Assembly: GCA_026390995.1 (NCBI GenBank)
Contig: JAPLEX010000046.1
Location: forward strand, 13,829 to 77,828
Direction of reading: 5' to 3'
Source of the DNA: Flavobacterium sp.
GTDB taxonomy: Bacteria; Bacteroidota; Bacteroidia; Flavobacteriales; Flavobacteriaceae
DNA length: 64,000 nt
The translations under genes were made by a program, and so were the position numbers. Positions 18,512 through 28,409 of this stretch are shown in pieces (position 1 is the stretch's first letter; each line of letters starts with the position of its first letter). The notes below the pieces were generated by a model. That model saw only the letters and a list, made by a program, of their open reading frames with translations. It ran no database searches and had not been told where the DNA came from.

Positions 18512-20808
18512 TAGTTTTGATACTGAAAGGATGCTTCTTGTGTCTCTGCCGAATTTGTTCCGATGTACACCTTAAATTCGCCCGCTTCGGCCTCCCATTT
18601 TCTGTTGGCTGTAAAAAATTGCAACATTTTTTCGTCTAGAGTAAAGGTAACTTGCTTACTTTCATTGGGCTGCAATTCTATCAATTGGAAGCCTTTTAGT
18701 TCTTTTGTGGGGCGAGTGGTGCTTCCTACTAGATCTTGAATGTACAATTGTACGACCTCTTTCCCTGCTCTTGAACTGCTATTTTTTAGGGTTAGCGTAA
18801 CCCGAATCGAACCCGCTTTGTTCATTGAATTTGAACTTAATTCTACTGGAGAATACTCAAATTTAGCATAGCTCAACCCAAACCCAAATGGGAATTGCGG
18901 ACTGTTTTTCTCGTCTATATAATGGGACCAAAACACACTGCTTGGATCGTTTGTAGACGGTCTTCCGGTGTTTTTTCGCGCATAATACAAAGGAATTTGG
19001 CCTTCACTTCTAGGGAACGTCATCGGTAATTTTCCGCTTGGGTTGTAATCGCCATACAAAACTTGGGCAATGGCATTCCCGCTTTGGGTACCCAAATGCC
19101 AGGCTTCAACGATAGCAGGAATATGTTCGGCTGCCCAAGGAATTACTAATGGACGACCATTTTGTAATACTAAAACTATATTTGGATTTACTTGAAATAC
19201 CGCTTCTAATAAGGCTTGTTGTACACCGGGCAGATCCAGTTTAGTTCTAGAACGACCTTCACCTGTTTGCAAACCGTGTTCACCCAAAACCATGATTACC
19301 ACATCAGACTGTTTGGCCAAGGCAATTGCTTCAGCAAAACCCGCAGTGTCGGTTTCATTAATTTGAGTTTCTGAACCAAATTCAATTTTACCATACGCCA
19401 CCTCTGCACCTTTGGCATAGGCAATTTGGTTGCCTGGAATAGCTTTTAATCCTTCTAAGACGGATACAGCAGTATTTTCATCGGCAGCGATTCGCCAGCT
19501 TCCTAATGGGCTGGTTTTATCATTGGCTAAGGCGCCAATTACAGCAATTCGTTTGCCTGTTTTGGGCAAAGGCAAAATGTCTTTGTCATTTTTTAATAAC
19601 ACGATCGATTTTTTGGCTACATCCAATACGCCTTCTTGAAATGCAGGTTTACCAACTGTAGCTTTCTCATAGGCTTCGTCGCAGTATTTATAAGGATTTG
19701 CAAATAAACCCATCTCAAATTTTAATCGGAGTATACGCGAAGCAGCATCGTCTATTAGTGATTCTTGCACTTTACCTTCGCGAACCAATTGCGCCAATTC
19801 GGCCACATAAATGTAAGACTCCATGTCCATGTCTGAACCCCCTTGAATGGCAGCTAAAGCCGCTTCTTTTTCGTTGGCCACATAGCCATGCAAAATCATT
19901 TCACGCACCGAGCCCCAGTCTGAAACCACCATGCCTTTGAAATTCCAGTCGCCTTTCAAAATGTCGCGTTGCAAATATTTACTAGCAGTAGCTGGAATAC
20001 CATTCAACTCATTGAAGGAATTCATAAAGGTTCTGGCACCCGCGTCAACTGCTGCTTTAAATGGAGGAAAAATTATATTTTGCAACACGGTTTCAGAAAC
20101 ATCAACCGTATTGTAATCTCTGCCTGCTTCTGCAAAACCGTAGCCTGCAAAATGTTTAGCACAAGCCAAAATAGTTTTATTAGAATTAAAATTATCCCCT
20201 TGAAACCCGTGTACACGAGCTTCGGCAATTTTACTGCCCAGATACGGATCTTCACCAGCGCCTTCCATCACTCTTCCCCATCGAGGATCACGAGCAATAT
20301 CAACCATTGGTGCAAACGTCCAATTGATACCCACAGCAGCTGCTTCTTCGGCTGCAATAGCCGCCGATTTTTGAATGGCCTGCAAATCCCAACTTGCCGC
20401 TTCGGCTAATGGAATTGGGCTTATGGTTTTGTATCCGTGAATAATGTCAAAACCAAATAATAGCGGAATGTGTAATCGTGATCCTTCAACCGCCATTTGC
20501 TGAATTTTGCGCACATTTTCGGCACCTTTGATGTTGAGCATAGAACCCACCCAGCCTTTTTTCAGATGATCGAGTTTTAATGCCGCTTGACCTTCTGATG
20601 GAGTAGGACCTGTTAAATCCCAAAAACCATTGTATTGATTTAATTGACCTATTTTCTCCTCTAAAGTCATGAGCCGAAGTAACGAATCAACTTGAGTGTC
20701 TAGACTGGACTTGACTTTTAGGTTGTTTTCGGCAACTGATTTAGGCGCACTACACCCCCAGAACACAAGCACGGCAAACGATACTATACTTACAATTTTT
20801 TTAATCAT
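18511..20808 (-). CDS. bglX: GH3 beta-glucosidase (BglX-like), lipoprotein
   Basis: RDPRWGR, CAKHF, VSDW nucleophile, GEGRSR, FGFGLSY, Fn3-like C-terminus. Confidence 0.9.
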   Translation of the reverse strand: MIKKIVSIVSFAVLVFWGCSAPKSVAENNLKVKSSLDTQVDSLLRLMTLEEKIGQLNQYNGFWDLTGPTPSEGQAALKLDHLKKGWVGSMLNIKGAENVRKIQQMAVEGSRLHIPLLFGFDIIHGYKTISPIPLAEAASWDLQAIQKSAAIAAEEAAAVGINWTFAPMVDIARDPRWGRVMEGAGEDPYLGSKIAEARVHGFQGDNFNSNKTILACAKHFAGYGFAEAGRDYNTVDVSETVLQNIIFPPFKAAVDAGARTFMNSFNELNGIPATASKYLQRDILKGDWNFKGMVVSDWGSVREMILHGYVANEKEAALAAIQGGSDMDMESYIYVAELAQLVREGKVQESLIDDAASRILRLKFEMGLFANPYKYCDEAYEKATVGKPAFQEGVLDVAKKSIVLLKNDKDILPLPKTGKRIAVIGALANDKTSPLGSWRIAADENTAVSVLEGLKAIPGNQIAYAKGAEVAYGKIEFGSETQINETDTAGFAEAIALAKQSDVVIMVLGEHGLQTGEGRSRTKLDLPGVQQALLEAVFQVNPNIVLVLQNGRPLVIPWAAEHIPAIVEAWHLGTQSGNAIAQVLYGDYNPSGKLPMTFPRSEGQIPLYYARKNTGRPSTNDPSSVFWSHYIDEKNSPQFPFGFGLSYAKFEYSPVELSSNSMNKAGSIRVTLTLKNSSSRAGKEVVQLYIQDLVGSTTRPTKELKGFQLIELQPNESKQVTFTLDEKMLQFFTANRKWEAEAGEFKVYIGTNSAETQEASFQYQN

Positions 20809-20858
20809 TTGGTTTTTGTTACAACAACAATGAGTAAAACTATTTATTTAATTATTCG

Positions 20859-22514
20859 CTATTGTTGATAAACTCTAATATAATCTATTTCCATAGCAGC
20901 TTCACTGAAATTAGGATCAATTGATCCGCCAAAGGTTCCACCCATCGCCACATTCAGGATCAAAAAGAAATCACTGTTAAATGGCACCGATCCACTATTA
21001 GCAAAAGAGTGAAACAATACATTATCAACAAAAAATCTAATTGACGAAGGCGTCCAAATTACTTTGTAATCATGAAATTGAGACGCTGCATTGTTAATTA
21101 ACGTGGTATTTGTATTGGCATTCCCGCCAAAACGGCCTGGATAATGCAACGAACCATGAATTCGGTTGGGATCGTAGCCACGGTGTTCCATGATATCAAT
21201 CTCCCCACAAGCTGGCCAAGTATTGGTTGCATAGTTTTGTCCCAACAACCAAATAGCAGGCCAAGTCCCGGCGCCAACTGGTAGTTTTGCCCTACACTCT
21301 ACTTTACCATAGGTAAATTCAAATTTATTCTCCGATTTTAGGCGAGCAGAGGTGTAATTTGAACTACCATTTCTTTTGGCTGTAATTTTCAGTGTACCGT
21401 TTGACACGATTGAATTGGCCGCATTATTTGTGTAGGTTTGAGCTTCATCATTACCCCATCCTCCAGCTCCTAGATCGTAACTCCATTTGGTAGGATCAGG
21501 TGCGCCATCAGTATTGAACTCATCTGCAAAACGTAAGTTTGTATAATCTGTATTATCTTGAACAGGTTTAATAGTCGTAAATATATGGTACCATGCTGTT
21601 GAAAGTGGCTCACCCGAAGGGGTAAACGCCTCTTGTACCGTACGAACCACCATACGTGATGGAGTTATCGACATGATTTCATAGGAACTTTGGCCTACAT
21701 AAAAACCCATAAATCCACCATCAGAAAATGTCATTACCGTACCTCTTTTTTCGGCAGGATTTGCCAATGATTCGGAAGGTGTGAGTGTCACATTTTTTAC
21801 ACCCGTAACGTCAGGGGCAGAATACGAATAACAATCATCAACATACTGATGGCTATTGGCTTGTCCTACAATGCTTAAAAACTCTCGATTTATTAACGAT
21901 TCACCATTGTTTCTTAATTCATATGTTAATGATGTACCTGTTTTAGTAAATATTAACTCATCGTCAAACAAGCAATCTCTAACTTGTTCCCAAGCTGGTG
22001 TCTGATAGAAGTTTGGATAAAAATTTGTTGAGTTGTCTGTACTGTTTAATCCAACACTTAAAAATCCAAGTTCTGAAGCCGACCAATACCATGTTTTAGA
22101 AGTTCCATCAGTAAGAAAATCTACCGCTTCATCGTCGGTAAAATTAAACATAACCGTAACTTCTACAGTTGTGTTTGTCGTAACTCCCCCACGACCCGAA
22201 GCCATAACTGTTACCGTATAGGTATTCAATCCTGGTTTTGTAAATCGTTTTTGAAAAATCCCACTGGGTTGGTTTTTTTCGGAACCATCACTAAAGACAT
22301 ATTTGTACGAAATTGCATTATCGGCACTAGCAGTAAAGGTAACTAAACCAGATCCATCACCGTTTGGATTTGCGGCATCTTGACCTTGAACAACAACAGC
22401 TACTTCCAAATTAGTTGGTGAAGTAATGTCTCCAAAACCCAAATCACTTTCTTGACAATTAGTTAAGACAAGAGAGAAAAATATGGGACAAAAGAATTTT
22501 AAAAATTGTTTCAT
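20859..22514 (-). CDS. Multimodular GH16 lipoprotein (PKD-like domain, putative binding domain, GH16)
   Basis: Start at ATG 22514 (MKQFLK...LTNC lipobox); WPAIWLLG, GEIDIME, IDYIRVYQ. Confidence 0.88.
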   Translation of the reverse strand: MKQFLKFFCPIFFSLVLTNCQESDLGFGDITSPTNLEVAVVVQGQDAANPNGDGSGLVTFTASADNAISYKYVFSDGSEKNQPSGIFQKRFTKPGLNTYTVTVMASGRGGVTTNTTVEVTVMFNFTDDEAVDFLTDGTSKTWYWSASELGFLSVGLNSTDNSTNFYPNFYQTPAWEQVRDCLFDDELIFTKTGTSLTYELRNNGESLINREFLSIVGQANSHQYVDDCYSYSAPDVTGVKNVTLTPSESLANPAEKRGTVMTFSDGGFMGFYVGQSSYEIMSITPSRMVVRTVQEAFTPSGEPLSTAWYHIFTTIKPVQDNTDYTNLRFADEFNTDGAPDPTKWSYDLGAGGWGNDEAQTYTNNAANSIVSNGTLKITAKRNGSSNYTSARLKSENKFEFTYGKVECRAKLPVGAGTWPAIWLLGQNYATNTWPACGEIDIMEHRGYDPNRIHGSLHYPGRFGGNANTNTTLINNAASQFHDYKVIWTPSSIRFFVDNVLFHSFANSGSVPFNSDFFLILNVAMGGTFGGSIDPNFSEAAMEIDYIRVYQQ

Positions 22515-22524
22515 TTTAATAATG

Positions 22525-23625
22525 TTAATTGTGAAAGTAAATATTATCGATATAAACTGTACCCAAACCAGCTGGGTTTCCCGAAAAAATGAGTTGTGCA
22601 ATATGGTTTCTTGTTGTTAAACCTATAAAATCTGAAAGTGGTATGTCTAAGGAATTCCAACCATTTTGTGAGGGAACAAATGATAGTTCATGTTCTTTAT
22701 CATCATTTGGTGTTCCTTGATATACTCCATTTGCACCAAAATCAACTAGCTTTATACGAAAAGCGGTCATGTTTGGCGTCCAATAATCCACATGAAAATG
22801 GGTCATAGTGCTTATGTTAATTTGATTTGCAATTGTTTCTATACCAACAAAATTTAAAGATGAGTATTTTTTGGTAGCATTACCCGAAATATTCACATCA
22901 GTCAATGTTGCAAGCGACCACGGAGTTCTCCATGTATCTACTGGTACATTGGTATAGGCACCAGAAAACAAGGAAATTACATTTGACTGTGCAAATATAG
23001 GTGTGGGCGCTGCACTTATTGGAGAAGCACTGGTAATCGGAACATTTTCCGTATACTCTATTGAAACTGTTCCTCCATTTTTGGCGACCACTTTCACTAC
23101 GTAGTTACCCAAGGCCGTGTAATCATGTGAAATGGTTTCACCTTCGTTAAACAAAACGGGAACTTCATTGCTCACATCACCAAAATACACTTCAAAAAAC
23201 GTTTCCAAATCAGCCGTAGCAGTAACCGTTACGGTTAGGTCGTTTTTAACAATAGAGGCAACTAAATTAATTGGTGGCAAAAAGGAGATGCTTAATTCTT
23301 GAGTAACTTCTGTTCTTTTTCCATTTAGTGAAATACCGATAATTTTTACTATAAAATTGCCTTCTGAAGCATATGTATGCGTGATAGATTGCCCCGGATT
23401 TACTATCGCAGGTTCAGTAGTAGTATCGCCAAAAAACACTTCATATTGGGAAACGCCTTGGCCTCTTGGCGTAAAAGTAACTTTACCGGAATTGTCTTGG
23501 GCTATGGTTATTAGGGCCGAAATATTTTCGGGAGCGCCAATGGCTGTTAAATCGATGTCCTTATCGGTTGGCGTACAATTGGTAAGCAAACTTAGGAAAA
23601 CTAATGCGATGAATATTTTTTTCAT
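22525..23625 (-). CDS. Surface glycan-binding lipoprotein (two PKD-like repeats plus a C-terminal putative carbohydrate-binding domain)
   Basis: Lipobox LLTNC; EVFFGD/EVYFGD repeats; directly downstream of SusD; no catalytic motif recognised. Confidence 0.75.
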   Translation of the reverse strand: MKKIFIALVFLSLLTNCTPTDKDIDLTAIGAPENISALITIAQDNSGKVTFTPRGQGVSQYEVFFGDTTTEPAIVNPGQSITHTYASEGNFIVKIIGISLNGKRTEVTQELSISFLPPINLVASIVKNDLTVTVTATADLETFFEVYFGDVSNEVPVLFNEGETISHDYTALGNYVVKVVAKNGGTVSIEYTENVPITSASPISAAPTPIFAQSNVISLFSGAYTNVPVDTWRTPWSLATLTDVNISGNATKKYSSLNFVGIETIANQINISTMTHFHVDYWTPNMTAFRIKLVDFGANGVYQGTPNDDKEHELSFVPSQNGWNSLDIPLSDFIGLTTRNHIAQLIFSGNPAGLGTVYIDNIYFHN

Positions 23626-23663
23626 TTTTCTGTATTTTATATAGTTATACTGGTAACTATGAA

Positions 23664-25151
23664 TTAATTATAACCTGGGTTTTGTTGCCAATTGCCGTTA
23701 GAAAATTGAATTTCCTCTATGGGTATCGGAAACAATTCATTTTTACCTGATGTAAAGCCTTCAATTTCAGCAGCAGCTTTTCCGGTGCGCACCAAATCAA
23801 AAAAACGATGTCCCTCACCCACTAATTCTACACGGCGTTCGGCTAAAATTAGTTCGGTTAAATTAACTCCCGAAACAGTTGGTGCATCGTGATTGTTATC
23901 ACCAAAGGCTCTGCGGCGCACTTCGTTCAAGTAATTTCTGGCTTTGGTATCATCAATTCCACCGCGATTAAAGGCTTCTGCTGCCATTAACAAGACATCG
24001 GCATAACGAATCGCACGGTAATTATTAGAGTTAGTTAAATTTTGATCGCCATAATTGGGATCCTCGCCTTTACGAGGAATATACTTGCGATTAAAATAGC
24101 CTGTATGTTTATACCCCACCCCATAAGAAATACTGTTGGCTGCAGCATAAGCAACGATGTCTAAAATAGCCACATCTTTTCGACGATCTCCAATCTCAAA
24201 GGCATCGACTACCTCTTGACGCGGAACATTAAAACTATATCCAGATTCAAATTCATTTCCAGTAATATTTCGTACGCCATTGAATCCAACCGCTACATTA
24301 CCTTCACTGCACTGGAGGCAATCAAAACTTGCTCCTTCTTCTCCTGAGTATTGCACTTCAAAAACAGACTCATTATTATTTTCACCGGCTAATTTAAAAA
24401 TTGAGTTGTAATTGGATTCTAAACTATAACTTGCTGTTGAAATTAAATCTTCAAATACATTTGAGGCATTAACGTATTTATCTTGGTATAAATAGACTTT
24501 ACCCAACAAGGCCTGTGCAGCACCTTTGGTTGCTCTCCCCTTAACAGGATTTTCAGCTTTGGTTTTTAAATTGGCCACCGCATATTGCAAATCAGCTTCG
24601 ATGCTGGCATAAACCTCTTGCACCGATGATCTTGGTACACGGGTTACATCATCAACTGAAAATCGTTTATCACCGTTTAACGGAATCCCTCCAAACCATT
24701 TTACCAATTCAAAGTGGTAATAGGCACGTAAGAAACGAGTTTCGGCTATTACTTGTGGTTTGTTGGTAAAATCCGTTTTGTCTTTAAACTCCAATATGTA
24801 GTTGCAACGTTGCACTCCTGCAAACATCCAATCCCATAAATTTTTAAGTTGTGGATTGGCTTGCGTATGAATCATGTCATCAATTTGTTGAATTCCAATT
24901 ACGTCGATGGCGCTTTCACCACCAGAAGCGGTGTTGTCAGAAGCAATTTCCCCCATCATGACATTCAAATAGGTAGAATGCAACATGTCATAGGCACCAA
25001 TCAAGGCTTGGTTGTAATCGGATTCTGAGTTGAAATAATTTTCGGAATCAAGTGAATAAGGTGCTTTTCGATCAACAAATTCATCCGAACAAGACACCGT
25101 ACTAGCAGCTACGGCTAGTAATAATAAAGTATATAAGCTATATTTTTTCAT
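23664..25151 (-). CDS. susD: RagB/SusD nutrient-uptake lipoprotein
   Basis: Lipobox TVSC; ETRFLRAYYHFELV, RYADVLLMAAEA, ERRVELVGEGHRFFDLVR. Confidence 0.93.
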   Translation of the reverse strand: MKKYSLYTLLLLAVAASTVSCSDEFVDRKAPYSLDSENYFNSESDYNQALIGAYDMLHSTYLNVMMGEIASDNTASGGESAIDVIGIQQIDDMIHTQANPQLKNLWDWMFAGVQRCNYILEFKDKTDFTNKPQVIAETRFLRAYYHFELVKWFGGIPLNGDKRFSVDDVTRVPRSSVQEVYASIEADLQYAVANLKTKAENPVKGRATKGAAQALLGKVYLYQDKYVNASNVFEDLISTASYSLESNYNSIFKLAGENNNESVFEVQYSGEEGASFDCLQCSEGNVAVGFNGVRNITGNEFESGYSFNVPRQEVVDAFEIGDRRKDVAILDIVAYAAANSISYGVGYKHTGYFNRKYIPRKGEDPNYGDQNLTNSNNYRAIRYADVLLMAAEAFNRGGIDDTKARNYLNEVRRRAFGDNNHDAPTVSGVNLTELILAERRVELVGEGHRFFDLVRTGKAAAEIEGFTSGKNELFPIPIEEIQFSNGNWQQNPGYN

Positions 25152-25162
25152 CGTGTTGTAGA

Positions 25163-28100
25163 TTAAAAGTTAAGGTTAAGTCCCAAAATAAAAATTTTAG
25201 GAGAGGGGTAAAATCCATAGTCAATTCCGCCGCCAATAGCCGCTCCATTTGAACCTGTTGGGTCAAATCCACGGTATTTGGTAAACGTAAACGGATTGTT
25301 TACACTCGAATACAAACGCAATTTGGTAATGCCTACTTTTTGTGACAAGCTGTTGGCAAAAGTATATCCCAATTGAATATTTTGGATTCTAAAGAACGAA
25401 GCGTCTTCAACAAAATAATCAGAAAATAAATTATTGGTCGTCGCTTCGGTGGTTACACGCGGGACAGAATTGCTGGTGCCTTCACCCGTCCATCTGCCCA
25501 ACACATAATTCATTTTATTTAAATCAGACATGGAACGCTCATAATTACGAACCATCTCATTCCCGATTGAGGCATAAGAATAAACAGCTAAATCAATATT
25601 TTTGTAGTTCATGCTCACATTGAAACCCATGGTATAATCAGGCAATGGACTTCCCACTTTGGTGCGGTCATTGAGGTTGATTACCCCATCACCGTTTAGA
25701 TCTTTAAATCGAATATCTCCAGGCTGCGCTGCTGCGCCCAACGCAATTTGTGTAGGGTGTGCATCGACTTCGGCTTGGTTCTGAAAGATGCCATCGGTTT
25801 GCAAACCATAGAAATACCCAATAGAATAGCCTTTTTCCATGCGAGCAATAGGTTGTTGACCTATACCAAAGGATCCGCTTTGTAAAATACCAGTGCCATC
25901 ATTTACTTTGGTTACCATGTTGGCAATCGTGGTGATATTATAATTTACATTGAATGAGAAATCATTGCCAATTTTTTGGTTCCAACCCAAGGACAATTCG
26001 TGTCCAATGTTGCGGGTAGAACCTGCATTTACTGTGGGTGGATAGCCCCCCGGACCAGCTACACCGGTTATTCCTGATACCGGCAGACCGGCTATCAATA
26101 AATCTTCACGTGATTCTACAAAATAATCATAAGTCACCTCCAATTTATTACTAAAGAATTTTAAATCAATACCCGCATCAATAGGGCGCCAATCGCAACC
26201 CCAGCTGTAATAGTATCGTCAAAAACATATACACCTTCACCATTTAAATAACCTACATAACCGTTAGAAGGAATCTTATCATTTCCTAATACCCCATAAC
26301 TGGCGCGTACTTTCATGAAGTTGATGGCTTTCAGATCATCCATAAATCCTTCTTTTGATGCCACCCAACCAGCAGTTGCTGAAGGAAAATAGGCAACTGC
26401 ATTTTCAGGTCCAAATTTTGTTGACGAATCACGTCGCATCATCCCCGAGAATAAATATTTTCCGTTGTAATCGTATTGCATACGCAAAAAATAAGAATTC
26501 AATCGGTCGTCATACGTATAAGACCCGACATCGCGTGTAGTGGATGCACCAGTAGCTAAACTAATATCGGCATATTCCCAAGAATTATAAGGAATATCAT
26601 AGCCTGTAGCAAACAAACCATTCCCCCAAACTTTGGAATTTGAAGTACCCAAAACAGCTGTAATGTTATGATTATCTAACAATGTCTTTTTATAAGTAAG
26701 GTACATATCCATTACATAACTATTGTCATTAATCGCATTCTGGTTTACCGAACTGCGCGTAACGTCAAATACCTTTCCGCCATAACTAACCTTTTTATTA
26801 AATGTTTTACCCTCTGCGTTGTAGGTGTTCGCTCCCACGCGTGTAGTTAAATTAAAATAAAATAAAAAGGCATAATCTAATGTTGCTACACCGCTGATGC
26901 GTTTTCCGTTGTAATCATTAAAAGTATTGTCAATTTGCGCCAATGGATTAATTACTTCAATACCAAAACCTGGGGTACTCGGCACTAAGGTGAAATTGCC
27001 GTTACTATCTCTTGGCGTTAAGGTTGCAGGGGTATTTACTGCATTAAACAATACCGAACCTAATCCATTTTCATTCAATGATTTACGGTTTATATATACA
27101 TAATTAATACTTGTTTGTAATTTTAACTTTTCATTTAAGTCGGCATTCAAAGACAACATGACAGTATTGCGTTTAAAACCAGATTTATCAGCGCCAACAA
27201 TACCGCTTTGTTTTAAATCAGATCCGCTTAGGGCAAAATTAATTTTCTCTGAACCTCCAGAAACACTTATGTCATTACTCAATATTAATACTTCTGAATC
27301 AAACACTTCATTTTGCCAATCAGTTCCTGTACCCAAATTCGAAACATTTGTATATGGTAATGGTTTACCCCCATTTGCATAACTTTCATTCAATAATAAA
27401 GCATATTCGGTTGCATTTAATAAGGATAGTTTTTTGGTTGTGCTTTGTAAGCCCGTATAGGAATTGTAACTGAAAACTGTTTTGGAGTTGCGTTTACCCA
27501 TTTTGGTTTTGATGATTACTACCCCGTTGGCTCCACGAACTCCGTAGATAGCTGCTTGGGCATCCTTCAGCACCGTGATAGACTCAATGTCGCTCGGATT
27601 TAAGATACTTGGATCAGAAATATTACCGTCTACAATATATAAAGGAGAGTTATCCAAGTTACTTTGTACCCCACGAATTCGGATATCCAAACCCGCACCT
27701 GGCGCACCCGATTGCGAAGTTACGGTAACCCCTGCTAGGGTTCCGGTTAAGGCCTGCTCTATTTTGATTGGCTTTAATTTATCAATCGTTTTAGAGTCAA
27801 CTAAGCCTACAGCTCCGGTAATGTCTTTCTTTTTCTGAGAGCCATACCCAATCACCACTACTTGTTCTAAGGATTGTACATCTGATTTAAGATTTACAAC
27901 TAGCGCTAAGTTGGATTTAGAAATCTTAATCCTCGTTTCTTTGTAGCCTAAATAAGAAAATTCAACAGTTGAACCTGCTGGTATTTCTTTTAAAATATAG
28001 GTTCCATTTAAATCTGTACTCGCAGATTTTCCCGAAGAGGAAACCACATTAACTCCTGGTATTACTGCACCAGATTCAGCATCTTTTACTGTTCCGCCCA

Positions 28101-28170
28101 CATCATAGTTTTGGGAGTAGCCCAAAGCCGAAGTAAGCAAAACGAAATACAATACAATTTTTGACTTCAT
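25163..28170 (-). pseudogene. susC: SusC/RagA TonB-dependent transporter split by a deletion and frameshift near 26180
   Basis: VVVIGYGSQKKKDITGAV, IESITVLKDAQAAIYGVRGANGVV; frame 1 ends GVAIGAL, frame 2 resumes DAGIDLKFFSNKLEVTYDYF and ends GLNLNF. Confidence 0.85.
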
Positions 28171-28230
28171 GTTTTTATTAGTTTGTGAGTTTTAAAAGTA
28201 GTATAGTTTGTATTGGTTTCATCTTATTTA

Positions 28231-28395
28231 ACCACAACAAAAAACATACACATATTAATTTATTTTTATCCCCACTACAATACGACTAAAACAACCTTAA
28301 TCGTTTGTTATTACTAGGATAATGCTTATTCTACTTCTTCTTTACATCAGGTAAATTTCATTTTTATTCAGTATTTTGTTGTGGTAGTGTATAGT
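28231..28395. promoter_or_regulatory. Putative operator region upstream of susC
   Basis: ACCACAACAA (28231) and its inverse TTGTTGTGGT (28376); TGTTGTGGTAGTGT (28377-28390) is identical at 33404-33417. Confidence 0.5.
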
Positions 28396-28409
28396 TAAAA
28401 ATCGGAAGT

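Noticed and set aside
22514-22601. Apparent 77-bp overlap between the GH16 lipoprotein and SGBP ORFs
   Set aside because: It disappears when the GH16 start is placed at ATG 22514, which gives a normal lipoprotein signal
26830-26880. Odd DYAFLFYFNL stretch in SusC as another lesion
   Set aside because: The frame is intact and it cannot be told from natural divergence without an alignment
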